64,000 bases of DNA from Patescibacteria group bacterium. Lineage in GTDB: Bacteria; Patescibacteriota; Microgenomatia; UBA1400; PJMF01. How positions within the stretch are numbered: position 1 is the first letter of the stretch; the number at the start of each line of letters is the position of its first letter. The position numbers and the translations under genes are program-made. The stretch covers positions 192,410 through 256,409 of the forward strand of contig JBMORP010000006.1 of NCBI GenBank assembly GCA_049322655.1. Direction: 5' to 3'. Positions 26,741 through 36,508 of this stretch are shown here, piece by piece. The notes below the pieces were generated by a model, which had not been told where the DNA came from, made no database searches, and worked only from the letters and a program-made list of their open reading frames with translations.

Positions 26741-27533
26741 AACCAAAGAAAAATATTCAACTAGAGTTAACCAAATTAATTCATTAGTTTGTGTTGGTCT
26801 TGACTCAAATATTAATAAACTACCTAAAGAATTTCTCAAAAGTCCCACGCCACAGTTTGATTTCAATAAATGGATTATCGATCAAACTCACCAAGATGTG
26901 GCTGCCTACAAACCTAATTTAGCCTTTTATGAAGCCAGAGGAACTCAGGGGTGGATCGAGCTTCAACTCACGATGGACTATCTAAAAACAAAACACCCAG
27001 ATATTTTTACCATTGCCGATGCCAAAAGAGCTGATATCGGCTCAACTAACGATGGTTATGTCACTGCAATTTTTGATCAGTTAGGCTTTGACGCTATTAC
27101 CTTGCACCCCTATTTGGGTAAAGAAGCTTTAGAACCATTTTTAGAAAGAAAAGATAAAATCTCAATCATTCTTTGTCACACCTCTAATCCAGGAGCCAAT
27201 GAACTTCAGAACCTAAAACTAGATGACCAACCACTCTGGAAAATAGTAGCAAAAAAAGTAACCACTGACTGGAATAAAAACAATAACTGTATGTTGGTTC
27301 TAGGTGCTACTTATCCAGAAGAGTTAGCTGAGGCTAGAAAAATCATTGGTGAGATGACCATGCTAGTTCCTGGGATCGGGGCTCAAGGTGGTGATCTTCC
27401 ATCAGTACTCAAAGCTGGTTTAAATAACAATAAAGCTGGTTTAATTATTAATTCATCACGAGAAATTATTTTTAATGACCAACCTCAACAAGCGGCTAAA
27501 GAATTAAAAGAAACAATTAATCAGTATCGCTAA
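26715..27533 (+). CDS. pyrF: Orotidine-5'-phosphate decarboxylase (type 2)
   Basis: VCVGLDSN N-terminus, DAKRADIGST active-site region; 26-nt overlap with pyrE. Confidence 0.8.
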   Translation: MLGPKNMPETKEKYSTRVNQINSLVCVGLDSNINKLPKEFLKSPTPQFDFNKWIIDQTHQDVAAYKPNLAFYEARGTQGWIELQLTMDYLKTKHPDIFTIADAKRADIGSTNDGYVTAIFDQLGFDAITLHPYLGKEALEPFLERKDKISIILCHTSNPGANELQNLKLDDQPLWKIVAKKVTTDWNKNNNCMLVLGATYPEELAEARKIIGEMTMLVPGIGAQGGDLPSVLKAGLNNNKAGLIINSSREIIFNDQPQQAAKELKETINQYR

Positions 27534-28584
27534 TTTTTTCAATAAATTTTAAAAATTTTTGATTAGTTTTTTCATCTCTAATGCTCATCCTAAAAAATTG
27601 ATTATCAAATCCGGAAAAACTTTTACCCATCACCAAAGAAATATTATTTCTATCTAAAGCTTGTTCAAATTTTTGAACTGAAATGTTACCAGGTAATTTA
27701 ACAAATAAATTATTAGCTTGTGAAGGAAAAACCTTAAAACCAAAACTAACTAATTGTTTTTTTATTAGCCTTCTTTGTTGACTAATAAATTTTTTGGTTT
27801 GCTGAATAAAGTTTTGATCTGTTAAAGCAACACTCGTGAGTAGTTCACTCAAACCACTAGTAGCAAAAGGCTGACTAATTCTTTCTAACTGATTAACAAT
27901 TTTTTCATTAGCTACAGCAAAACCAACCCGTAAGTTAGCCAAGCCAAAACCTTTGGAAAAGGTTCTTAACACGACCAAATTATGATTGTTTTTAACTTCA
28001 CCAATCATGCTTTCTCCACCAAATTCAATATTTGCTTCATCGATAATTAATAAAATATTTTTGGATATTTTTTTCAAAAAAGCTAATATTTTTTTCTTAG
28101 ACAAAATAGAACCAGTAGGATTATTGGGATTACATAAAAAAATTATTTTAGTATTTTCAGTAATTAATTGTTCAAATTTATTTAAATTAATTTTCAAAGA
28201 TTTAGTCATTGGTATTTCTATCACTTTTAATCCAGCTAATAATGAGCTCGTTTTGAACATCGGAAAAGTTAGATTTGGAATAAGCACCTCAACGTCACCA
28301 CCATTAAATACTCGTGGTAAAGAACAAATTATTGCTTCTGAACCATTAGCCACAAAAAAATTAGCCGTTTTTAAACCATTGAAACTGGCCAGTTTTTTCT
28401 TGAGAAAAACACCATTTGGCTGTGGATAATCATTAATCTCAAGATTAATTTTCTCTAAAGCCATAGTCACCACTGGTGAACACCCCAGAGGATTTTCACT
28501 TAATGACAAATCTATTTTCCTTTTTTTACCAAAAGCATAAAGTTGCTTCATACTAATGAATTGTTTTTCATTATTTACTTTCAT
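27517..28584 (-). CDS. Class I/II aminotransferase, histidinol-phosphate aminotransferase family
   Basis: LSENPLG, NPNNPTG, PLP-Lys region RTFSKGFGLANLRVGF. Confidence 0.7.
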   Translation of the reverse strand: MKVNNEKQFISMKQLYAFGKKRKIDLSLSENPLGCSPVVTMALEKINLEINDYPQPNGVFLKKKLASFNGLKTANFFVANGSEAIICSLPRVFNGGDVEVLIPNLTFPMFKTSSLLAGLKVIEIPMTKSLKINLNKFEQLITENTKIIFLCNPNNPTGSILSKKKILAFLKKISKNILLIIDEANIEFGGESMIGEVKNNHNLVVLRTFSKGFGLANLRVGFAVANEKIVNQLERISQPFATSGLSELLTSVALTDQNFIQQTKKFISQQRRLIKKQLVSFGFKVFPSQANNLFVKLPGNISVQKFEQALDRNNISLVMGKSFSGFDNQFFRMSIRDEKTNQKFLKFIEKISDTD

Positions 28585-28600
28585 TTTCCCTTTCCAAATA

Positions 28601-28627
28601 CAAAAAAACCTCCTAAAAAGGAGGTTA
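28601..28627 (-). terminator. Hairpin AACCTCCT-AAAA-AGGAGGTT with T-run (minus strand) ~20 nt upstream of aminotransferase start; attenuator/terminator candidate
   Basis: Read directly. Confidence 0.4.
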
Positions 28628-28670
28628 AATGTATTTTTAAATTTATTTTGATGAAATTAAACCACTAAAA

Positions 28671-28717
28671 ACACACACCTCCTTTCTGGGTGTAATACCA
28701 AGCATGATGGTGTGTGT
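28671..28717 (-). promoter_or_regulatory. Long-range inverted repeat ACACACACC-29nt-GGTGTGTGT with alternative internal pairing (ACACC...GGTGT)
   Basis: Read directly; mutually exclusive stems possible. Confidence 0.3.
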
Positions 28718-28744
28718 TAGCTAGTAACATAAAGGAAAATTATA

Positions 28745-28777
28745 TAACAAAACTCCCCTATTTGAAGTAGGGGAGTT
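28745..28777 (-). terminator. Intrinsic terminator after giant surface protein gene
   Basis: AACTCCCCTA-TTTGAAG-TAGGGGAGTT followed by T-run on minus strand. Confidence 0.6.
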
Positions 28778-28801
28778 CTTATCTTTCTACTAATTACTAC
28801 G

Positions 28802-31800
28802 CTAAGCGATTTCTTCAATGAAGAAGTAACTAACCAATCTAGCCAAAACAGTTGCTCCTAATGATGGCAAAACAAACCAATTATAAACAAAAGCACTATA
28901 ACAAGCTTCATTTCTGAATAGATAAAAGACTACTGGCATTAATAACGCCAATCCCCATAAAATTGTTTTTCTGATCTTTTTATCTGCACTCTTAAATAAC
29001 AATTCTGCTAATCCCATTAGGACGAACTGAATAACCAATAATAACCATGGCAAATTACTAGTAACGACAGTGCATTGTTCTTTTGTTTCACCGAGAACTT
29101 GACCTTCTTCATTATTATCAGTAATTTGTTCTTTAGTCTTTTCAGAAGTTTCATCTGCTGTTGTAGCCACACCAGCTACCTGACCAGTTGGACTAGTAGT
29201 TTCACCAGTTTCGTCAATTACTCCTAAAACAGTTCCTTCAGAAGTTGAGCTAGTACCACCAACTGGTGGGCCAATTCTGAATTTAACTGCTGATTCTTTG
29301 AAGTTACCAGCATCATCCATGGCTTTAACAATAAATGTCCATTCACCGTTATAAAGACTCTTCATTTCATGCTCAAAAATATTAGAGCCTACTTCTATAC
29401 CATTACTATCACCTGATTCATGTTTCCAGGAAAGGACATAGCGAGTGATGTCTGAGTTAGTAGTTGGAGCTTCCCATTTACCGATTGCAGAATCCAAAGT
29501 AATATTCTCTATTTTGACGTTGAGCGGACCATCAACTGGAGCAGTCGTATCATATTTGACTTCTTTGACTCCAACAGCAGTGGTATTACCCACTTTATCA
29601 ACTCCTCGATAGTAAAGAATGTTTTGACCTTCACTTGGAGGAGTTAATGAGTCGGTATAGGTAGACCAGCCATCACTGTTCCAGTGGTACTCAATTTTCT
29701 CCGTTTGATAATTATCAGTGGCAGTCAAAGTTATGGTTGGTAAAGTTTTGTACCAACCATTTTCTGCATCTGGAGATAACGGGTCTATTGTTAGAGTTAC
29801 TTCTGGAATTGTTTTGTCATACACAATCGTAATCACAAAAGTAGCTTCTTGGTTACCAGCCACATCTACTGCGTGAGAAGTAATAGTGTAAACACCTTCT
29901 GGCACATCTGGTAATTGGTAACTCCAGGTATCTGTTCCATTAGCTTGGAATAATACTTCACCAACTACCCAAGTGGCAGCATCTTTATCCCAATATTTCT
30001 GACCAACAGGACCATCTTCGAATGAATAGTGACCTACAGAGAGTAAAACATGGTCTACACCAGAGCCAGTATCAGTCGCTATCCCCTCAATCAAACCATC
30101 AAAAGTATTTGTTTCAACTTCACCGCCATTGCCTAAACCATAAGAAGTGATTGTGCTAGAAGGTTTGGTATTATCAACTAATACTTTTACCCAATGCACT
30201 GAACCACCATCTTTATTATTAGCGGCATCTCTTGCCTCTAACTTGATAGTATATTCACCATCTGTTAATGAACTAACATCCCAAGATAAAAGCAATTCAT
30301 CAGTAAAAGAAGAAGTATCATTTACAACTCCTGGACCAGCGATTGTGGTGCCACTAGAGTTTTGAATAACAAACCAGTAATGATGTGGATTTGTATCCTC
30401 AACTGACCCTCTAATATTTACAATACCAGTAACTAAACCAGCGGCTGGTGAAGTAATTTCTACATCTGGGGCAATCGAATCATAGGTAATTTGACAACTA
30501 CCAACTAAACTTTCACCTGACAATGACCAAGCTGATTTGTTACCAGCCTTATCAACAGCCCTAACAGCAAAACCATAGGTGCCATCGGTTGGAGGTGTCC
30601 AAGAATGCATCTTTTCATTGGTATAGAGAATCTCTTCATTTATTCCTTGAGATCCTCCTGGGTTAAATGAACTATATTCATAGTGATCAAAATCACTTTC
30701 TGTATTTGCATCCCAAATTGGAATTAATGTCTGTCTTTGAGTAACATTACCACAGGCTAGCTCAATAGTAGTACCTTTAATATATCTTCTTAAATTTGTT
30801 GGCGCAGTTGGAGCTTCTTTATCAAAATAATAATGTCTCCATTCTGACCAAGCTCCTTCATTACCCAATCCATCAAAAGCTTGAACTCTGAAACTTACTC
30901 CACCTTGTTCACTATTATTAGGAATGTGATTTCTTTGAGAAACAGTTGTTTCTCTATAAGGGAAACCTGAAAAGGTGTGACCGTCATCATATTTATATTC
31001 AACTCTGTAATAATCAATTCCTGAATCATCATTTACATCTGTCCAATCATTCAAAATTGGGGTTGAAACAAAGTTTTGACTTTCTGCAGGAAAAATAATA
31101 GTTGGAGCTGATGGTTTTGTATTATCTATCACAACTTTAAATTCTGCATGATTTTCATCCTTATAACCTTCAGAACTAGCACCAGACCCTCTATGCATCA
31201 AAGCACATGCTGTATATTCTCCAGAAGGAAGACCTGTTACATCCCAGTCTATTGAGTATAAATCACCATTTTTTGTCCCATCACCAATATTGTTAAAATA
31301 TGGAGAAGTATATTGTGCTTTACATGTTTCTCCTGGCGGTGCATATCTAAAACGAACTCGATCAACGCCATATGTTGGATAGGTTGCTTGAACCTCCAAA
31401 TTAATATTAGAAGTAGATCCTCCAATAACTGGAGTCCCAGTATTAGTAAAGTGAATATCTTTGATAATAGGATCTATAATTTCAATTTTAGTATTATCAA
31501 CCAATAATGAGTCAGGGGATTTGTCACTCCAAATAAACCATCCATATCTATTTCCACCAACCGTACTACCAATAACATCAGAAGAATCACTTAAAACCCA
31601 ACTACCAACTGGAGTTGATTCTCCTTTTTTATATAAAGAAATAGTTACTTCCAATACATTTGAGCTATTAGCTCTAAATTCATGCTTAATGGTGTACCAA
31701 CCAGTTTCAACAATATCTACGGGATTTCTTCCTGGGTTGCCAGGCCATCCTGGAGAATTATTACTAGCACTAGCTAACCATTGATTATGTATGCTTGGAT

Positions 31801-32947
31801 TGGTTCCCAAGCTTAAAATAAAGTCTCTTCGATGGTTTCCATCTGGTTTATTAATAGCTGATGAAAAATCAAATCTTTTATCAACTGATCCATCAGCTAA
31901 AGACATATCAAGATAAACATCAACACTTGTATTGTAACCATCTGCTGGAAAAGTCGATCTGTAACCATCCCATCTTGTAAAAGCTCCATCATTTATTATG
32001 GCGTGATAATTTCCTTCACTAGAAACAATACTGTCTGTTCCAGAGGGAACTCTGATCATTTCAGCTCCAGGATCACCCCAAACATACCAAATATCGTTAT
32101 AGCCATCAGTTGTTGGAGTTGTTTGTACTTCCTCAAATGAAGTCACCACAAACACCGTAAAGTGATTCAACTCTTTGGCCACCACTTCATTTCCGTTTTT
32201 TTCCACAACAACCTCAACAGCCTGAGCCAGCTCTTCTACACTTTCAGCATATTTGATCTGCACCTCACCAGTATTCGAATCTGGAACTGGTAATTTAAGC
32301 TCATACTTAAAAGTGCCATTCTCCATATCAGAAGTAATGTCATAAGCCACTTTACTAACCGCACCAGAAACTGCCATTTGTTCTTCAGTTAAATAAACTT
32401 CTTGGATACTAAGTGTTCCTGGATTAGCTGGTAACTCTGTGAAAGTCACCTGAACTTGACCATTTTGGGGAGCAGTATAAACTTTGTCGAGCTCTACTTT
32501 TTCAATAGTAGCCAAACTGTTTTCCACTAACCAAAAATTGCCGTTTCGATAAACAAAATCTGCCTGATAATCAGTATTAGGAAAAATTAATTTTCCAGTT
32601 TCAAAATCAGCAGGGATACAATCAGTAGCAGAACAAACCCCTAAATAAACTTCAGCAATAGTGCCACCAGTCTCAATCTCAGTTTTACCTTGAACAGCTT
32701 GAATAACTCCTTCACCATCTTGATATTCAACTAAATAATCAAGCGCTAATGGTTCAGCAACCCTTAGAGAAAGCTCATAAGTTGATGTATCAAAATCAAC
32801 ACTAACAACTTGTGGGTCTAGATGGAGCTGGGCTTGAGCTGAAGATGAAAAAAGAATTGAAAGGGGAAAAAGATTTTGAATAGTTAGTAACAACAAAAAT
32901 AAATTAGGAATAATTTTCTTCCTAAATTTTTTAAAAATTCTCTTCAC
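28802..32947 (-). CDS. Giant (1381 aa) cell-surface protein with tandem Ig-like/FN3-like domains and C-terminal multi-TM anchor
   Basis: Signal peptide; recurring domain-boundary motifs (DNTKPS x3, YDKTIPE, YDTTAP, FDKEAPTAPTNL); Ser/Thr/Gly-rich linker; 3-4 C-terminal TM helices. Confidence 0.6.
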   Translation of the reverse strand: MKRIFKKFRKKIIPNLFLLLLTIQNLFPLSILFSSSAQAQLHLDPQVVSVDFDTSTYELSLRVAEPLALDYLVEYQDGEGVIQAVQGKTEIETGGTIAEVYLGVCSATDCIPADFETGKLIFPNTDYQADFVYRNGNFWLVENSLATIEKVELDKVYTAPQNGQVQVTFTELPANPGTLSIQEVYLTEEQMAVSGAVSKVAYDITSDMENGTFKYELKLPVPDSNTGEVQIKYAESVEELAQAVEVVVEKNGNEVVAKELNHFTVFVVTSFEEVQTTPTTDGYNDIWYVWGDPGAEMIRVPSGTDSIVSSEGNYHAIINDGAFTRWDGYRSTFPADGYNTSVDVYLDMSLADGSVDKRFDFSSAINKPDGNHRRDFILSLGTNPSIHNQWLASASNNSPGWPGNPGRNPVDIVETGWYTIKHEFRANSSNVLEVTISLYKKGESTPVGSWVLSDSSDVIGSTVGGNRYGWFIWSDKSPDSLLVDNTKIEIIDPIIKDIHFTNTGTPVIGGSTSNINLEVQATYPTYGVDRVRFRYAPPGETCKAQYTSPYFNNIGDGTKNGDLYSIDWDVTGLPSGEYTACALMHRGSGASSEGYKDENHAEFKVVIDNTKPSAPTIIFPAESQNFVSTPILNDWTDVNDDSGIDYYRVEYKYDDGHTFSGFPYRETTVSQRNHIPNNSEQGGVSFRVQAFDGLGNEGAWSEWRHYYFDKEAPTAPTNLRRYIKGTTIELACGNVTQRQTLIPIWDANTESDFDHYEYSSFNPGGSQGINEEILYTNEKMHSWTPPTDGTYGFAVRAVDKAGNKSAWSLSGESLVGSCQITYDSIAPDVEITSPAAGLVTGIVNIRGSVEDTNPHHYWFVIQNSSGTTIAGPGVVNDTSSFTDELLLSWDVSSLTDGEYTIKLEARDAANNKDGGSVHWVKVLVDNTKPSSTITSYGLGNGGEVETNTFDGLIEGIATDTGSGVDHVLLSVGHYSFEDGPVGQKYWDKDAATWVVGEVLFQANGTDTWSYQLPDVPEGVYTITSHAVDVAGNQEATFVITIVYDKTIPEVTLTIDPLSPDAENGWYKTLPTITLTATDNYQTEKIEYHWNSDGWSTYTDSLTPPSEGQNILYYRGVDKVGNTTAVGVKEVKYDTTAPVDGPLNVKIENITLDSAIGKWEAPTTNSDITRYVLSWKHESGDSNGIEVGSNIFEHEMKSLYNGEWTFIVKAMDDAGNFKESAVKFRIGPPVGGTSSTSEGTVLGVIDETGETTSPTGQVAGVATTADETSEKTKEQITDNNEEGQVLGETKEQCTVVTSNLPWLLLVIQFVLMGLAELLFKSADKKIRKTILWGLALLMPVVFYLFRNEACYSAFVYNWFVLPSLGATVLARLVSYFFIEEIA

Positions 32948-33012
32948 TTTTTCCTCTCTTCTAAATAAGGCAGTTAGTTCTTATGAACTATTTAAAGAAC
33001 ATTTTTAAGTAC

Positions 33013-33037
33013 AAAAATCACGGCACTCTAAAGTGCT
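33013..33037 (-). terminator. Small hairpin GCACTCTAAAGTGC plus T-run after the 167-aa gene
   Basis: Read directly. Confidence 0.35.
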
Positions 33038-33074
33038 ACAGAATACATCATACACCCATTTTAAAAAAAATAAA

Positions 33075-33578
33075 TTAAAATTTCCTGGAATCATACGCCC
33101 AATGCAATAAAGCTTGACGTTGTTTTCTGCGACAATTCAAATCACCCTTTTTACAATGCTTTTTTATCTGAGCTATGTGCCTAGTCATCGCTTGCCAACG
33201 TTTGATTTGACGATCATCATCAATTGACCTTCTCCCCAAGTAATAACGACAATACCACTGAAACCAGCCTCGTGGATCATTGGGATGAAGCCAGCCTTTT
33301 TTCTGCCAATCACTGAGTTTTTGACTTGCATCAACACCAAAAAAATTTAATGAAATATCCTTTCTATCAGGAGAAAGCTTGGCATTAACAAACCAACTTC
33401 GGGGAAACTCAGTTTGACAATCAGTCAAATATTTACCACCAAAAACTCCTAACTCCAACATTTGTTTTGGAGTTAACTCTGGCTTAAAATCTGGAGCAAA
33501 ATTTTTACCAACAGGCTCTAGCAAGAAATATTCATAATCTGACTGCATTTTGTCATTAACAATTATCTTCTTTTGCAT
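33075..33578 (-). CDS. Hypothetical Trp-rich cytoplasmic protein
   Basis: ORF with GWFQWYCRYYLGRR region; no family recognised. Confidence 0.35.
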   Translation of the reverse strand: MQKKIIVNDKMQSDYEYFLLEPVGKNFAPDFKPELTPKQMLELGVFGGKYLTDCQTEFPRSWFVNAKLSPDRKDISLNFFGVDASQKLSDWQKKGWLHPNDPRGWFQWYCRYYLGRRSIDDDRQIKRWQAMTRHIAQIKKHCKKGDLNCRRKQRQALLHWAYDSRKF

Positions 33579-33628
33579 AACTTTAAGCTTATTGTATAAG
33601 ATTATTTTTGCTTGCTATACTGTGATTA

Positions 33629-34102
33629 ATGAAAATTAAAAAACTAAACCTGCTGATTATTTCTATTTTACTTTCTCAAGCTGCAGGAGGAATTGGTTCA
33701 ATAGCCACTGCTTCAGCTATCCCTAGTTGGTACACCACCCTCAATAAACCATTTTTTAACCCACCTAACTGGTTATTTGGACCGGTCTGGCTAACTTTAT
33801 ACACCATGATGGGCATTGCTCTTTATTTGGTTTGGAGAAAAAAACCAACCAAAAAAACTAATTTTGCTAGAAATTTATTTTTGGGCCATTTGGTAGTAAA
33901 TGCCCTGTGGTCATTAGTGTTCTTTGGCCTAAAAAACTTAGGTCTAGCATTAATAGTGATCACTGCTTTATGGCTGTTGATAGTATGGTTAATCAAACTA
34001 TTTTGCCCGATTGACAAACGAGCCTCCTGGTTAATGTTTCCCTACTTACTCTGGGTTACTTTTGCCAGTTTGCTTAATTATGCTATTTGGAGACTAAACT
34101 AA
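33629..34102 (+). CDS. tspO: TspO/MBR tryptophan-rich sensory protein
   Basis: 5-TM, W..P.FNPPNWLFGPVWLTLY...LVW signature. Confidence 0.8.
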   Translation: MKIKKLNLLIISILLSQAAGGIGSIATASAIPSWYTTLNKPFFNPPNWLFGPVWLTLYTMMGIALYLVWRKKPTKKTNFARNLFLGHLVVNALWSLVFFGLKNLGLALIVITALWLLIVWLIKLFCPIDKRASWLMFPYLLWVTFASLLNYAIWRLN

Positions 34103-34103
34103 A

Positions 34104-34883
34104 ATGACAAACTTATTTATAGATACTTTATTTTTAAGTTTTTTAATTCAAGTTTTGTTTTTTGTTTATGCCGCCTTTTTCAAAACAGATAAAGTGACTG
34201 ATCTGTCATATGGTTTGACTTTTATTGCTTTAGCTGTTTTTGCTTTATTAAAAAATCAAACCTTTTATCCTTATCAAATCTTAGTCGTGACACTGATTGC
34301 TATTTGGGGAATTAGGCTGGCTGGTTATTTATTCATCAGGATCTTAAAAACCAAAAGAGATAAACGTTTTGATGGTATTAGAGAAAACTTTTGGAAATTT
34401 GCTCAATTCTGGTTATTACAGGCTATTGCTGTTTGGGTAATTAGTTTACCAGGCACCTATTTACTTAGTTTAAAAACTAACTCCAACTTTAATTTATTAA
34501 TGATGACTGGCTTGTTAGTTTGGCTAATGGGTATTGTGATCGAAACTACTGCTGATTGGCAAAAATTTAAATTTAAAAATAAACCAGCAAATAAAGACAA
34601 ACTAATTATGTCTGGAGTCTGGCAATATTCTAGACACCCCAATTATTTTGGTGAAATTTCTTGTTGGTGGGGCATCTTTATTTATTCACTTAGTTTTCAG
34701 GCTGGCTTATCTTGGTTAACTATCACCGGGCCACTGTTTATTACTTTCCTGATTTTGTTTGTCAGTGGTATTCCGACATTAGAAAAAAAATATAATGAAC
34801 GCTATAAAGAAAATAAAAATTATCAACTCTATAAACAAAACACTAGCTTATTAGTTCCTCTTCCCAATAAAAAGAGTAGTTAA
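34104..34883 (+). CDS. DUF1295 / steroid-5-alpha-reductase-like membrane protein
   Basis: SRHPNYFGE motif; polytopic. Confidence 0.65.
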   Translation: MTNLFIDTLFLSFLIQVLFFVYAAFFKTDKVTDLSYGLTFIALAVFALLKNQTFYPYQILVVTLIAIWGIRLAGYLFIRILKTKRDKRFDGIRENFWKFAQFWLLQAIAVWVISLPGTYLLSLKTNSNFNLLMMTGLLVWLMGIVIETTADWQKFKFKNKPANKDKLIMSGVWQYSRHPNYFGEISCWWGIFIYSLSFQAGLSWLTITGPLFITFLILFVSGIPTLEKKYNERYKENKNYQLYKQNTSLLVPLPNKKSS

Positions 34884-34893
34884 ATAACTAAAC

Positions 34894-35526
34894 TCAAATT
34901 CTTCTTTCCTCACCAAAAACTTTTATTTTAAATCCATCAACCAAAACGGCTTCTCCATCTTTTAAAAGATATAAAGGCATTCCAGTTTGGTTTTTTTGAC
35001 GAAGTTTTTTTATTTGTTCAAGTTGGTCTGTTTGGAAATGTGGATAAACCTCAAAATCAACTAAACCGAGTCCAGGAATAAAACCAGCCCCCTGCTCATT
35101 TTCATGCAAATACCACTCACAAACCGACAATGATCGACTGGCCACCATACTACCAGCACTCGAACCAATATAAACCTTATTCTTTGCCAAAAGTTTTGGT
35201 AAAGTTTTATCTAAACCATGTCTTCTGAGCCAATACATTAAATAACCAGTGGCACCACCAGCCATCCAAATTATATTTGTCGCAGTCAATTTTTCCATTA
35301 CTTCTTCTGTTGTTTGCTCTTCCAGAACCACCGGAAGCACTTTGGCACCTAAAGTTTGGATTAATAACCAAGTACTACTTTCCTGTTTCCAACTCCCATA
35401 AAAACTCTCACCATTAGCAGCAGTAGGAATATAAACTAAAGTTTTTCCAGCAAAGCCACCCACAAAATCAGTTAGTTTTTTAAAATTAAGCGGATTTTTG
35501 GCTTCAGAAGCTAAAAAAAGTTTCAT
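34894..35526 (-). CDS. Peptidase S51 family (dipeptidase E / cyanophycinase-like)
   Basis: Nucleophile region VYIGSSAGS, MAGGAT, S51-like length. Confidence 0.55.
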   Translation of the reverse strand: MKLFLASEAKNPLNFKKLTDFVGGFAGKTLVYIPTAANGESFYGSWKQESSTWLLIQTLGAKVLPVVLEEQTTEEVMEKLTATNIIWMAGGATGYLMYWLRRHGLDKTLPKLLAKNKVYIGSSAGSMVASRSLSVCEWYLHENEQGAGFIPGLGLVDFEVYPHFQTDQLEQIKKLRQKNQTGMPLYLLKDGEAVLVDGFKIKVFGEERRI

Positions 35527-35529
35527 AAA

Positions 35530-35979
35530 CTAAACCTTTGTTGTAATTTGATAAACTGGAATGATTATCGAAATAACTAAGTAAACAGCAACTAAAAATA
35601 GACCAGCCATTACCCGCCATTGGTATTTTTTATTCCAAAGTTTCTTTATTAAAATCATTTCTCCAGCTTTATATTTCTTTAGTTCTCTTTTTAAGTCCTC
35701 TTCCAAATATGAAGAATTAGAAATTAAAGCTATTGAAATAGCAATAATTAATAAAGAAAAATGGAGATAATACTTTGAATATAAAGGTAAAATAAAATTT
35801 AAATCAGCAGCTAAAATTTGGAGTTTGGGAATGATTAAAAAATTAAATATTCCAAGAGTAATAAAATTAGCTCCTAATACAATATATGAATTAATTCTTT
35901 GAGTTTTAGCTAAGTCTTTTGCATCTTCTTTTTTCACATAACCAAAATACATAATCTCCTTATAGCTTTTACCAAGCAT
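35530..35979 (-). CDS. Hypothetical membrane protein
   Basis: 3-4 TM helices; 11-nt overlap with upstream gene. Confidence 0.3.
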   Translation of the reverse strand: MLGKSYKEIMYFGYVKKEDAKDLAKTQRINSYIVLGANFITLGIFNFLIIPKLQILAADLNFILPLYSKYYLHFSLLIIAISIALISNSSYLEEDLKRELKKYKAGEMILIKKLWNKKYQWRVMAGLFLVAVYLVISIIIPVYQITTKV

Positions 35980-36421
35980 TGTCTACTTCATAATATCTTC
36001 GAGCAGAAATCAATCCACCTTCTGGCAAACGATACTCTTCGTTAAGCTCTAACATTTTTGGATGTAAAAACTCTCCTTCAAAACTAATCCCCAAACCAGC
36101 TTCTGTTCTCAAATCTCCCAAATAAAGCTTTCTACCTTCTATTCTAAATTCTTCTTTTACAACAGAGTGATCGTGAGAAATTCTAAACTCAGTTTGATTA
36201 CTATGAACATAAATTCTGGAATAACAAGGCCAGTCTTTACCCGTTCTAAACACCAACTCATCTCGAGTTTTACCCTCCAAAATTACTCGATAAACCTTAT
36301 TGAAAGGACTAGTCATTCTAATATCAAAATTGAGTTTATCTGGATATTTCAGATAATGATACAGAGCCATAATAATAGCTCCTGAATGAGGCTGAATAGT
36401 TTTTACAAGGTAATTAGACAT
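35969..36421 (-). CDS. Hypothetical cytoplasmic protein
   Basis: ORF only. Confidence 0.3.
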   Translation of the reverse strand: MSNYLVKTIQPHSGAIIMALYHYLKYPDKLNFDIRMTSPFNKVYRVILEGKTRDELVFRTGKDWPCYSRIYVHSNQTEFRISHDHSVVKEEFRIEGRKLYLGDLRTEAGLGISFEGEFLHPKMLELNEEYRLPEGGLISARRYYEVDNAW

Positions 36422-36508
36422 AAGTTTCCCTTATTCTACTTGGAAAGCCAAAAAAAATCACTTTTGATCAAAGTTTCCTCTTTACGATCAGTCTAAAAAA
36501 TTTTTATA

